Assembly (NCBI GenBank): GCA_947478395.1
Contig: CANJVR010000002.1
Location: 352,001-416,000 of the forward strand
Origin: Opitutia bacterium
Lineage (GTDB): Bacteria > Verrucomicrobiota > Verrucomicrobiia > Opitutales > Opitutaceae
Length of the DNA: 64,000 nucleotides
Direction: 5' to 3'
Shown here piece after piece: positions 55,968 through 64,000 of this stretch (its first letter is position 1; every line of letters starts with the position of its first letter). The position numbers and the translations under genes are program-made. Under the pieces are notes generated by a model. That model was not told the DNA's origin, made no database searches, and worked only from the letters and a program-made list of their open reading frames with translations.

Positions 55968-57788
55968 ATGGCCCTCACGCGTTTTTCCGTCGCTCCGCTC
56001 CACACGCTGACTCGTACGCTCGCCGCCGTGGCCATGGGGCGCGAGGCACCCGACTTGGTCATCACGGGCGGACGTCTGCTTTCCACTTATACCGAGCGTT
56101 TTCACGCTGACCGCGAAATCTGGATCAAGGCCGGGCGCATCGCTGCGATTAAACCCGCTGGCACGGCTAAAAAGTTACTGCCGAAAAATTCCCGCGCGAA
56201 ATTCTTCGACGCCGCCGGCGGCATCCTCGCACCGGGGCTGATCGACCCGCATATTCATATTGAGAGCTCGATGATGACCGCCTGCGCGTACGCCGAGGGC
56301 GCGTTGCTCAACGGCACCACGACGATCTTCTGCGACAGCCACGAAATCGGCAACGTCTGCGATGCTGCCGGTATCGAGTGGATGCTCGAAGACGCGCGCC
56401 AGGCGCCGCTCTCGATTTTCCTCACTGTGCCCAGCACCGTCCCCGCGACTTCGCCTCAGTTCGAAACCGCGGGCGGCGATCTCACCGCGGAAAAGATCGG
56501 AAAACTTTTCGACCGGTGGCCCGAAGCCGTCGCGCTCGGCGAAAAAATGGACTTCGTCCAAGTCGCCATGGGCGATCCGCGCAGCCATGCCATCATGGCC
56601 GCCGCGCTGAAACGCGGACGTCCGATCTGCGGACACATCTACGGTCGCGAATTCGTCACCGCCGGCGCTGCCAGCGGCATCACGGACACGCATGAAGCGA
56701 TCGACCGCGAAATTTCCAATGACTTCCTCGAGGCCGGCGTCTGGGTTTTCCTCCGCGGCGGTCCGCCCACCACGCCGTGGCACTCGCTCCCACTCGCAAT
56801 CAAGGCGGTGACCGAACTGGGCGCGAATCCGAAACGGGTCTGCGTCTGCACCGACGATCGCGATGCCGACGATCTTTTTCTTTTCGGTCTCGATTGGGTC
56901 GCGCGGCAGGCCGTCGTCGCGGGCTTGGCGCCCGCCACGGCTTGGTCGCTTGGTTCGCTTCATCCCGCCACGCGCTACGCGATGGATGGAGAGATCGGCG
57001 GTCTCGCGCCCGCGCGCCGGGCCGACGTTGTTTTGCTCAACGACGCGCTCGAGCCGCAGTGCACGTGGTACGGCGGCGAACTTGTGGTTAAAAACCGGAA
57101 GATCACACCGCTCCTCGACCGCGCTCTGTCGAAGCGCTACCACTATCCGCGCGCGGCGTACCAAACCGTGAAGCTGCCTAAGAAAAAGCTCACGCTCACT
57201 CCCGCTTTACCGATCGCGCCAGTGACGGCGAATGTGATTCGCACCGCGCTGCCTGGTATTATTCTTTTCCATGAACAGGTTTCACTCTCGCCTGCACCCG
57301 GGCAGACGTGGTCCGACCTTTTCGCACAACACCGGTTGTGCTTTGTTACCATCGTCGAGCGTCACGGCAAAAGCGGAGCTGTCGCCCATGGTTTGTTACA
57401 GGATTTCAATCTGAAGGCCGGTGCTGTCGCCAGTTCCGTCGGTCACGACGCGCACAACATTATCCTGGCCGGCACCAACGAAGCCGACATGCAACTCGCG
57501 CTGGCCACAGTAAAAAAACTGCGCGGCGGCGTCTGCGTCGTGCGCGACGGTCAGGTGATCGCGCAAGTCGCGCTACCTATCGCAGGATTACTCTCCGACC
57601 TGCGTGCGACCGCTGTCGCCAAGGAGACCACCAAGTTGAAAAAGGCGTGGAAGGCCGCCGGCTGTACGCTGCCGTACATGGGGTTTAATTTGATTCCGCT
57701 GTCCGTGATTCCTGAAATTCGGATCACTGATCGCGGTCTTGTGACGGTCCCCGGCATGCAACAGCTGCCGTTATTTTCAACTGCGTAA
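55968..57788 (+). CDS. ade: Adenine deaminase
   Basis: [36 protein letters not shown] and LPIAGL motifs. Start ATG 55968. Confidence 0.9.
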   Translation: MALTRFSVAPLHTLTRTLAAVAMGREAPDLVITGGRLLSTYTERFHADREIWIKAGRIAAIKPAGTAKKLLPKNSRAKFFDAAGGILAPGLIDPHIHIESSMMTACAYAEGALLNGTTTIFCDSHEIGNVCDAAGIEWMLEDARQAPLSIFLTVPSTVPATSPQFETAGGDLTAEKIGKLFDRWPEAVALGEKMDFVQVAMGDPRSHAIMAAALKRGRPICGHIYGREFVTAGAASGITDTHEAIDREISNDFLEAGVWVFLRGGPPTTPWHSLPLAIKAVTELGANPKRVCVCTDDRDADDLFLFGLDWVARQAVVAGLAPATAWSLGSLHPATRYAMDGEIGGLAPARRADVVLLNDALEPQCTWYGGELVVKNRKITPLLDRALSKRYHYPRAAYQTVKLPKKKLTLTPALPIAPVTANVIRTALPGIILFHEQVSLSPAPGQTWSDLFAQHRLCFVTIVERHGKSGAVAHGLLQDFNLKAGAVASSVGHDAHNIILAGTNEADMQLALATVKKLRGGVCVVRDGQVIAQVALPIAGLLSDLRATAVAKETTKLKKAWKAAGCTLPYMGFNLIPLSVIPEIRITDRGLVTVPGMQQLPLFSTA

Positions 57789-57805
57789 GCGGCTGCTTTC
57801 GAATT

Positions 57806-57828
57806 GTGGTCGGGGTGCCCGCACCCCG
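57806..57828 (+). repeat. REP-like hairpin
   Basis: GTGGT-CGGGGTGC-CC-GCACCCCG, resembling the hrpA 17562 unit. Confidence 0.6.
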
Positions 57829-57959
57829 CGCCGAAGTAATTTTGCCCGCGACGCCAGGCGTGGTAAGAGCCTGCTGCCTGCAGTTGCGTCGGCGTCCGAT
57901 GCAGCCGGAGAAGGAGGCCGAGTTTCCGCGCGGCTTCGTGGCTAACGCTGCGGTCCGAC

Positions 57960-59072
57960 TCAGAATCCATTAACGGCCGCGATCACGTGGTCGACTTGCG
58001 CGTCAGTTAGCTCCGGGAAAATTGGCAGGCTCACGCAGTTTGCCGCGGCGTGTTCGGCGTTCGGAAATGAACCTGGCCCGTACGCGAGCCCCGCGTAGCA
58101 TTTCTGCAAATGCAGCGGTACGGGATAAATTAGATCGGTGCCGACCTCATGCTTGGTCAGGTGCTCACGGAGCGCATCGCGGCGCGGATGCAGCAGCGTG
58201 AACTGGTGAAACACCGACTGACCGTAAGCCGGTTGTTCGGGCAGGCGGGCGTCGGCTAGTTTTATGGCGGACCCATAACGTTGCGCGATCGCCTGCCGGC
58301 GCGCCGTCCACGCCGCGAGATGGGGCAGTTTTACATTCAGTAAAGCCCCTTGAAATCCATCCATGCGAAAATTTCCGCCAATGATGTCGTGATAGTAGCG
58401 ACGATCCGAACCGTGCACGCGGATGTGGCGCGCCCGCGTGTGAATTTCTTCCCGGCGCGAAACGAACGCCCCGCCTTCACCGCAGCCGCCAAGATTTTTG
58501 GTCGGATAAAAACTGAACGTGCCCACGTCGCCGATTGTGCCGACGGGGCGCGCGCCCCCGTGCGTCGCGCCCAAATAAGTCGCGCCAACCGCTTGGGCGC
58601 AGTCCTCGATCACGAAGAGATTATGCCGGGCGGCAAAGGCCATGATCTCGTCCATCCGCGCCGGCTGGCCGAAAAGATGGACGACAATAATTCCCTTGGT
58701 GCGCGGCGTCAGCGCGGCCGTGAGTTTATCCGGATCGAGGTTGAACGTGCCCGGTTCGATGTCGGCGAACACGGGGGTCGCGCCCACGTAGTTGATGCCC
58801 CACGCCGAAGAGATGAACGTGAACGGGGTCGTGATGACTTCGTCACCCGGGCCGAAGCCCGCGATCATGCACGCGACATGGAGCGGCGCGGTGCCGCTAT
58901 TCATACCGAGCGCGCGCGGATATCCGAGCGTGGCGGCAAACGCGCGCTCGAATTCCTCGACATCCTTACCGAGACAAAAACGGGTCGCGTCGTAGGTCTC
59001 CGTCAACGCGGCCAGCGCTTCGGCGCGTAACGCGCGGTGCTGCAGACTGAGGTCGAGAAAGGGGACTTTCAT
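57960..59072 (-). CDS. DegT/DnrJ/EryC1/StrS aminotransferase
   Basis: NSGT, VHLFG, IEDCAQ, SFYPTKNLG (PLP Lys) and SLPIFP motifs. Confidence 0.95.
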   Translation of the reverse strand: MKVPFLDLSLQHRALRAEALAALTETYDATRFCLGKDVEEFERAFAATLGYPRALGMNSGTAPLHVACMIAGFGPGDEVITTPFTFISSAWGINYVGATPVFADIEPGTFNLDPDKLTAALTPRTKGIIVVHLFGQPARMDEIMAFAARHNLFVIEDCAQAVGATYLGATHGGARPVGTIGDVGTFSFYPTKNLGGCGEGGAFVSRREEIHTRARHIRVHGSDRRYYHDIIGGNFRMDGFQGALLNVKLPHLAAWTARRQAIAQRYGSAIKLADARLPEQPAYGQSVFHQFTLLHPRRDALREHLTKHEVGTDLIYPVPLHLQKCYAGLAYGPGSFPNAEHAAANCVSLPIFPELTDAQVDHVIAAVNGF

Positions 59073-59133
59073 TTTTTTGGAACGTTAATCTTCGCTGGTG
59101 ATCGCTAATGAAAAAACAAAAACGAATGGAAGT

Positions 59134-59160
59134 GCAGGCCAGCCCGCTCGCGGGTTGGCC
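59134..59160 (+). repeat. REP-like hairpin
   Basis: GCA-GGCCAGCCCGC-TC-GCGGGTTGGCC; starts like the 61949 element. Confidence 0.6.
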
Positions 59161-59180
59161 CGACGAGGACTCCGGATTAA

Positions 59181-59987
59181 TTAGCGCAGCTGAGCGCTCC
59201 CTAATTTCTTTACCACGGCCTCGACCAAGGCATCGAGGCTGGGCGTCTTGGCCGTAACATCGATCGGCACGCCGCGTTCCTTCATCGTCGCACTCGTTTG
59301 CGGACCGATGCTGCCCGCGAGGGGCACGGTGGCGCCTGCGCTGAGTTTCAACGCCGCCGCCTGGTCGACGAACGACTGCACGGCGGACGAACTCGCAAAA
59401 AGAATCGCGTCGGCGCCCCTCGCCCGGAAATCCGCTGCCGCCGGCTCCGCCGCAAGATCCGTCTGCTCGGTCTTGTAGACCTGCAGTGTATCGACGATGC
59501 CTCCCGCCGCCGTGAGCTGCTGGTCGAGCGTGTCGCGGTTGAGATTACCCGTGATCAAAAGCACCTTGGCACTGTCGAGACTGCCCGTGGCGATCATCGC
59601 CGTCGCCAGCCCTTCAGACGTGGCCACTGCCGGACGGCATTCGATCTTCAAGTGCAGCGCCGTGATCGCCTGGGCCGTTGCATCGCCAATACACGCGACC
59701 CGGATCAGACCCAGCGAGCGAATGTCGTCAAAAATCCGGCGAAATTCCTCGAAGAAATAACGCACGCCGTTGGCGCTCGTGAAGACGATCCAGTCGTAAC
59801 TGCCGAACTCGAGCATAACGTCGGCGAGCGCATCGAGCGACACGTCCTTCGACACGCGAATCAAAGGGAGCTCGATGACCTCAGCGCCGAGCGCCGTGAG
59901 CTTGGTCGCCAGTTCGGGCGACTGATCACGCGCCCGCGTGACGACGATGCGGCGGCCGCGAAGAGGAAGTTCGGAGGAGCGAGACAT
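59181..59987 (-). CDS. hemD: Uroporphyrinogen-III synthase
   Basis: IVVTRARDQ, FTSANGV, IGDATA, VYKT, FASSSAV and IGPQTS motifs. Confidence 0.93.
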   Translation of the reverse strand: MSRSSELPLRGRRIVVTRARDQSPELATKLTALGAEVIELPLIRVSKDVSLDALADVMLEFGSYDWIVFTSANGVRYFFEEFRRIFDDIRSLGLIRVACIGDATAQAITALHLKIECRPAVATSEGLATAMIATGSLDSAKVLLITGNLNRDTLDQQLTAAGGIVDTLQVYKTEQTDLAAEPAAADFRARGADAILFASSSAVQSFVDQAAALKLSAGATVPLAGSIGPQTSATMKERGVPIDVTAKTPSLDALVEAVVKKLGSAQLR

Positions 59988-60068
59988 CCGTAAAATCTAG
60001 TGCGACCAGGCGACGCCGCCATACATTTTCTTCGGCGATGGCGTCTTGTAAATCTCACTCTGTTTGCG

Positions 60069-60971
60069 ATGGTTCCCACCGTGCCATCTGCCCCTCATCT
60101 GGCTTCTGCAATTGGTGATCGGTTGGTCCGGTCGCGTACTCTGCCCTATCTCGTCCTTGTGGGTGCACTGGTTTTCGGCGCGAGCGCGGGCATTCTGCGC
60201 GCGGAAAAACTCGTCACGGTTTCTGCGGTGGCAGACTCCAGTTACGTCAAACGCCGCGCCGCGCTGCCGAAGGACCAGAAGGAGTCCGTGATTTTCGCCA
60301 AGGGCCAGATCCTGGGTGCCAGCACCGATGCCGACCTGACGAAAACCGATTTCATAAAAATAGCGGCCATCCTCGGCCTCGACTTCAAGTCGCAGCGTTA
60401 TACGGCCGCGGAAAATTTCGCGAAGGCGGACCTCGTAATCGTCGCGCACTGGGGCATGACGAGGGAAAACGACCAGCCGCTGGACTTGCTCGTGTATGAT
60501 CCTGATGCGATGCGACGCAAAAGCGAAGCCGCCTCAGTCGCGCGGCAAACTCAGGAAACCGACCTGAGTTCGGTCTCCCGCGCTCTGGGCGTGGCTGCGG
60601 CGGCCGAGGCGGATCAACGAGCTGAGACCGCCATGCTCGGAAGCCTTTATAGTGACATCGGATTGGTCGGCGGATCGAACGCGGATATGCTGGGCTTCAG
60701 TGCAGCGCTCGCGAAAGGCGATGATACGGCGGAAACGCTGGGCTCCATGATCGGCGAGGCGCGTTACTTTATGATTCTGGTGGCGTACGACGGTGCCGCG
60801 CTCCGTCAGGGCAAAAAGCAGCGCGCGTGGACCACCCGGATGAGCATTCGCTCGGCCGGCGTAAATTTCCAAATCGCGGTGGAGCGCATGAGCAACGCCT
60901 CGGTCCGCTTTCACGGCACAAATCAAAACGATATCGTTTTCGAGCAAGCCAAGGACCGGCCGCGGTCGTAA
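60069..60971 (+). CDS. Exported hypothetical protein
   Basis: Long ORF with a signal-like segment that fills the hemD-hemC gap. Start uncertain. Confidence 0.65.
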   Translation: MVPTVPSAPHLASAIGDRLVRSRTLPYLVLVGALVFGASAGILRAEKLVTVSAVADSSYVKRRAALPKDQKESVIFAKGQILGASTDADLTKTDFIKIAAILGLDFKSQRYTAAENFAKADLVIVAHWGMTRENDQPLDLLVYDPDAMRRKSEAASVARQTQETDLSSVSRALGVAAAAEADQRAETAMLGSLYSDIGLVGGSNADMLGFSAALAKGDDTAETLGSMIGEARYFMILVAYDGAALRQGKKQRAWTTRMSIRSAGVNFQIAVERMSNASVRFHGTNQNDIVFEQAKDRPRS

Positions 60972-61043
60972 CTGGATTGATGCGCGAAGCACGCGGCTGC
61001 TCAAAACCGGCTTAGTCCGCCTCATCGAGCGGGATTCAAGCGG

Positions 61044-61898
61044 TCAAATCAGGCTCCAGTCGCGCAGGATTTTATCGGCGGTGGCTTCCGGCGTTTCGAA
61101 ATCTGCGCCAGTCAAAGGCACCGTGCGCAGGCCGGTTTTCTCGTGGAAAAAATACAGGGAGTCGGAAATCGCATGCGCCGCAAACGCGGTGTGGCAACCA
61201 GCACCGAGCGCGGATTGAAAGGCGCGCTCAAGCCGCAGCGCGACTGCGGTCAGCGCATCAAAATGTGAGGAAAACCTGCCCGCATCGGCCGCACGGCATT
61301 GAATTGCGACCGCGCCTTGTCCGACCGCCGGCACCATCTCACCGAAGCCGAGCGGATGAAAATCGAGGCCGGGCCACTCTTCGATCCCGAGCCTCGTGAG
61401 TCCGGCCGCAGCCAGAATCGTCCCGTCCGCCACATGTTGCTCCGCGATTTTGCGCAGGCGGGTATCCACGTTGCCGCGGATCTCGGAGAACTCCACGCCC
61501 GGAAACAGCATCTTGATTTGCATCCGCCGGCGCGGGCTGCCGGTCGCGAGCGTTTTCGGTTCTCCGATTCCGGAGCGCAGCACGAGCACATCGCGCGGAT
61601 CGGCCCTTGGCAGGTAACCGGCAATGGTCAGCCCCGCGGGCATGTCGCCCGGCAAATCTTTCGAGCTATGGACGGCGACGTCCGCCTCGCCCCGATGCAG
61701 TGCGGCCTCAAGTTCGCTCGTGAAAAGACCTTTGCCGCCTTTTTTCTCGAGCGACCATTCGAGCTGGGCATCGCCGGTGGTGACGATTTTCAGGAGCTCG
61801 GTTTCAACGCCGAGTGCCGAGCGCAAATGCGCGGCCACCATCTCCGTCTGCGCAAGCGCGAGCGGACTTTTACGGGTGGCGAGGATCAGTTTTTTCAA
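61044..61898 (-). CDS. hemC: Hydroxymethylbilane synthase
   Basis: ATRKSPLALAQ, GKGLFTSELE, AVHSSKD, IRGNVDTRL, PAVGQG and GC (cofactor Cys). Confidence 0.96.
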   Translation of the reverse strand: MKKLILATRKSPLALAQTEMVAAHLRSALGVETELLKIVTTGDAQLEWSLEKKGGKGLFTSELEAALHRGEADVAVHSSKDLPGDMPAGLTIAGYLPRADPRDVLVLRSGIGEPKTLATGSPRRRMQIKMLFPGVEFSEIRGNVDTRLRKIAEQHVADGTILAAAGLTRLGIEEWPGLDFHPLGFGEMVPAVGQGAVAIQCRAADAGRFSSHFDALTAVALRLERAFQSALGAGCHTAFAAHAISDSLYFFHEKTGLRTVPLTGADFETPEATADKILRDWSLI

Positions 61899-61948
61899 AG
61901 TAACGAAGAACCCGAAAATCTGCCGACGATCAAAGCAAGGGACGTTTA

Positions 61949-62001
61949 GTAGGCCAGCTCGCTCACGAGCGCTCGAAGCGTCTAGGAGCGGACTGGCCTA
62001 C
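61949..62001. repeat. GTAG...CTAC palindromic element between ilvC and hemC
   Basis: GTAGGCCAGCTCGCTC...GAGCGGACTGGCCTAC. Confidence 0.85.
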
Positions 62002-62011
62002 AAACTGACGA

Positions 62012-63037
62012 TCAATACGAAGCCTGAACGCCCTTGAGATTCTTCTTCGCCATCCAGGGCATCATGCTGCGGAGATAAACACCGGTCTTCTCGATGGGGT
62101 GCTTCTCTCCCTTTTTGATGAGCGCGTTGTAGTTCTTGAGTCCGCCTTTATATTCTTTGACCCACTCTTTGGTGAACTGGCCGGATTGGATCTCTTTCAA
62201 GATCTTCTTCATTTCGGCTTTGGTCTTTTTGTTCACGACGCGCGGACCGCGCGTGATGTCGCCGTATTTGGCCGTTTCGGAAATCGAGAAACGCATGCCC
62301 GCGATACCGGACTCGTACATCAAGTCACAGATGAGCTTCAACTCATGGAGACACTCGAAGTAAGCCATCTCGGGCTGGTAACCAGCCTCGACCAGCGTCT
62401 CAAATCCCGCCTGAACGAGGGCGCTGGCGCCGCCGCAGAGCACGGCCTGTTCGCCGAAAAGATCGGTCTCGGTCTCTTCTTTGAAGGAAGTCTGGAGGAC
62501 GCCGGCGCGGGTCGAGCCGATGCCCTTGGCCCAGGCGAGCGCGGTCTTCTTGGCGGTCTTGGATTTATCCTGCGCGACGGCGATGAGGGCCGGCATACCT
62601 TTGCCCTCGGCGTAGAGGCGGCGGACCATGTGGCCCGGGCCTTTTGGAGCCACCATGATACAGTCGATGTCCTTGTGCAGCTTGATCAGGCCGAAGTGAA
62701 CCGAGAGACCGTGCGAGAAAATGAGCGTTTTGCCCTTGGCGAGATTCGGGAGGATATCGGAAAGATAAACGTCGGCCTGTTTCATGTCGGGCAAGCCGAC
62801 CATGATGACATCGGCGCGGCGGACGGCCTCCGCGGTGTCGAGGACCTCGAAGCCGTGCTGTTTGGCGACGGCCCTGGACTTAGAGCCAGGATAGAGGCCG
62901 ATGACGACCTTACAGCCGCTGTCCTTGAGGTTGAGCGCATGGGCGTGGCCCTGCGAACCGTAGCCGAGGACGGCGAGCGTTTTATTTTTGAACACGCCGA
63001 GATCGGCGTCTTTGTCGGTGTAGACTTTGGCGGGCAT
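62012..63037 (-). CDS. ilvC: Ketol-acid reductoisomerase
   Basis: [33 protein letters not shown] and SISETA motifs. Confidence 0.98.
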   Translation of the reverse strand: MPAKVYTDKDADLGVFKNKTLAVLGYGSQGHAHALNLKDSGCKVVIGLYPGSKSRAVAKQHGFEVLDTAEAVRRADVIMVGLPDMKQADVYLSDILPNLAKGKTLIFSHGLSVHFGLIKLHKDIDCIMVAPKGPGHMVRRLYAEGKGMPALIAVAQDKSKTAKKTALAWAKGIGSTRAGVLQTSFKEETETDLFGEQAVLCGGASALVQAGFETLVEAGYQPEMAYFECLHELKLICDLMYESGIAGMRFSISETAKYGDITRGPRVVNKKTKAEMKKILKEIQSGQFTKEWVKEYKGGLKNYNALIKKGEKHPIEKTGVYLRSMMPWMAKKNLKGVQASY

Positions 63038-63051
63038 GGTTGAAAAATTGT

Positions 63052-63080
63052 TTTTGGGTTTTGAGTTTTGGGTTTTGAGT
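63052..63080 (-). repeat. 7-bp tandem tract between ilvN and ilvC
   Basis: ttttggg-ttttgag-ttttggg-ttttgag; same unit as the hrpA PKTQNS inserts. Confidence 0.85.
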
Positions 63081-63093
63081 AAAAACAGCGGGC

Positions 63094-63564
63094 TCAGCGT
63101 TTAAGAGCGAGCTGGCCGGTACGGGCGAGTTCGACGATGCCGAAAGGTTCGAGCAGGCCGAGGAACGCGTTGATTTTCCCTTCATCGCCCGTGACCTCGA
63201 TGATGAGCGTATCGGCCGTCAGATTAACGATTTTGGCGCGGAAGACGCCGGCGATCTGCAGTAGTTCGGCGCGGGTGCGGGAGTCCGCGCGGACCTTGAT
63301 GAGAACGAGTTCACGGGCGACGGCCTGCCCTTCGCTGAAATCGGCGACCTCCACCACATTGACCAGTTTGCGCAGCTGCTTCGTGCAGAGACTGAGCGCG
63401 GATTCGTCGCCTTTCAGTACGATGGTGATGCGGGACAGCGAGGCGTCGTGCGTCGGGGCGACGTTGAGCGAATCAATGTTGAAACCACGGCCGGAGATAA
63501 GCCCGGTGACGCGGGCAAGGACGCCGAACGTGTTCTCAACGAGGACGGAGATCGTGTGTCGCAT
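63094..63564 (-). CDS. ilvN: Acetolactate synthase small (regulatory) subunit
   Basis: [33 protein letters not shown] and ELARTG motifs. Confidence 0.96.
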   Translation of the reverse strand: MRHTISVLVENTFGVLARVTGLISGRGFNIDSLNVAPTHDASLSRITIVLKGDESALSLCTKQLRKLVNVVEVADFSEGQAVARELVLIKVRADSRTRAELLQIAGVFRAKIVNLTADTLIIEVTGDEGKINAFLGLLEPFGIVELARTGQLALKR

Positions 63565-63599
63565 GGGAGGTTAGGTTGAAAATGAAAAGAGACTGCTGG

Positions 63600-63676
63600 T
63601 GGTGGACGCTGAGGGACTCGAACCCCCGACACCCTCGGTGTAAGCGAGGTGCTCTAACCAACTGAGCTAAGCGTCC
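63600..63676 (-). tRNA. tRNA-Val(TAC)
   Basis: Minus strand reads GGACGCTTAGCTCAGTTGGTTAGAGCA-CCTCG-CTTACAC-CGAGG...GGTTCGAGTCC...AGCGTCCACCA. Confidence 0.97.
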
Positions 63677-63741
63677 GAACCAAAGGGCGAGCAAAGCGGG
63701 CAGGCGGCGGGGGTGACAAGGAATTATTCGAAGTCGGCAAA

Positions 63742-63840
63742 GTAGGCGGATTATCCCTGATTCGCTTGGTTCGGGTTTCCGCGATGAAATGGCCGCGAGA
63801 AACGGACTTGAAAAGGCACATTAGGAATAACGCACCCTAC
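63742..63840. repeat. Inverted REP doublet after asd
   Basis: GTAGGCGGATTATCCCTGATTCGCT...GGCACATTAGGAATAACGCACCCTAC. Confidence 0.8.
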
Positions 63841-63842
63841 CT

Positions 63843-64000
63843 TCAGCGCGCGGTCAGCGCCGACTTGGGTTTGAGCCAGCCTTCGCGCGCCATGAGCTCG
63901 GCGTTTTGGAGCGCGTTGAGCGCGGCGCCCTTCCAGAGATTGTCGCCGCTCACCCAAAGGGCGAGGCCGTTGTCCAAGGCCGTGTCGATCCGGATGCGGC
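63843..64000 (-). CDS. asd: Aspartate-semialdehyde dehydrogenase, C-terminal part (truncated by window edge)
   Basis: Manual translation RIRIDTALDNGLALWVSGDNLWKGAALNALQNAE...stop; absent from the ORF track. Confidence 0.9.
   Translation of the reverse strand, partial: RIRIDTALDNGLALWVSGDNLWKGAALNALQNAELMAREGWLKPKSALTAR

Overview
GC-rich bacterial chromosomal window of mostly housekeeping genes. Gene content and intergenic repeats suggest Verrucomicrobiota, probably Opitutaceae (inference). It holds about 52 CDS, including mutS (partial), DAHP synthase, maf, nadE, hemL, hrpA, osmC, trhO, hpt, xseB, dxs, amtB, recR, ybaB, hisA, adenine deaminase, hemD, hemC, ilvC, ilvN and asd (partial), plus tRNA-Gly(CCC) and tRNA-Val(TAC). 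I saw no CRISPR array, integrase, transposase, rRNA or prophage. The most striking unexplained structure is four kinds of short repeat: GTAG-type REP hairpins and doublets, 7-bp tandem tracts, 9-bp (C)ACGGAT tracts and a 'PSFAKA' palindrome. They occur between genes and also in frame inside intact genes; hrpA alone carries about seven such inserts. Also notable are an Amt transporter with Glu replacing the first twin-His residue, a tRNA-Val 35 nt upstream of an ilvN-ilvC unit that lacks ilvB, and three function-unknown modules: an SpoIVB-type peptidase pair, a DUF1552/DUF1592 pair, and a methyltransferase with two GT-C-like membrane proteins. All product calls come from motif recognition, not database searches.
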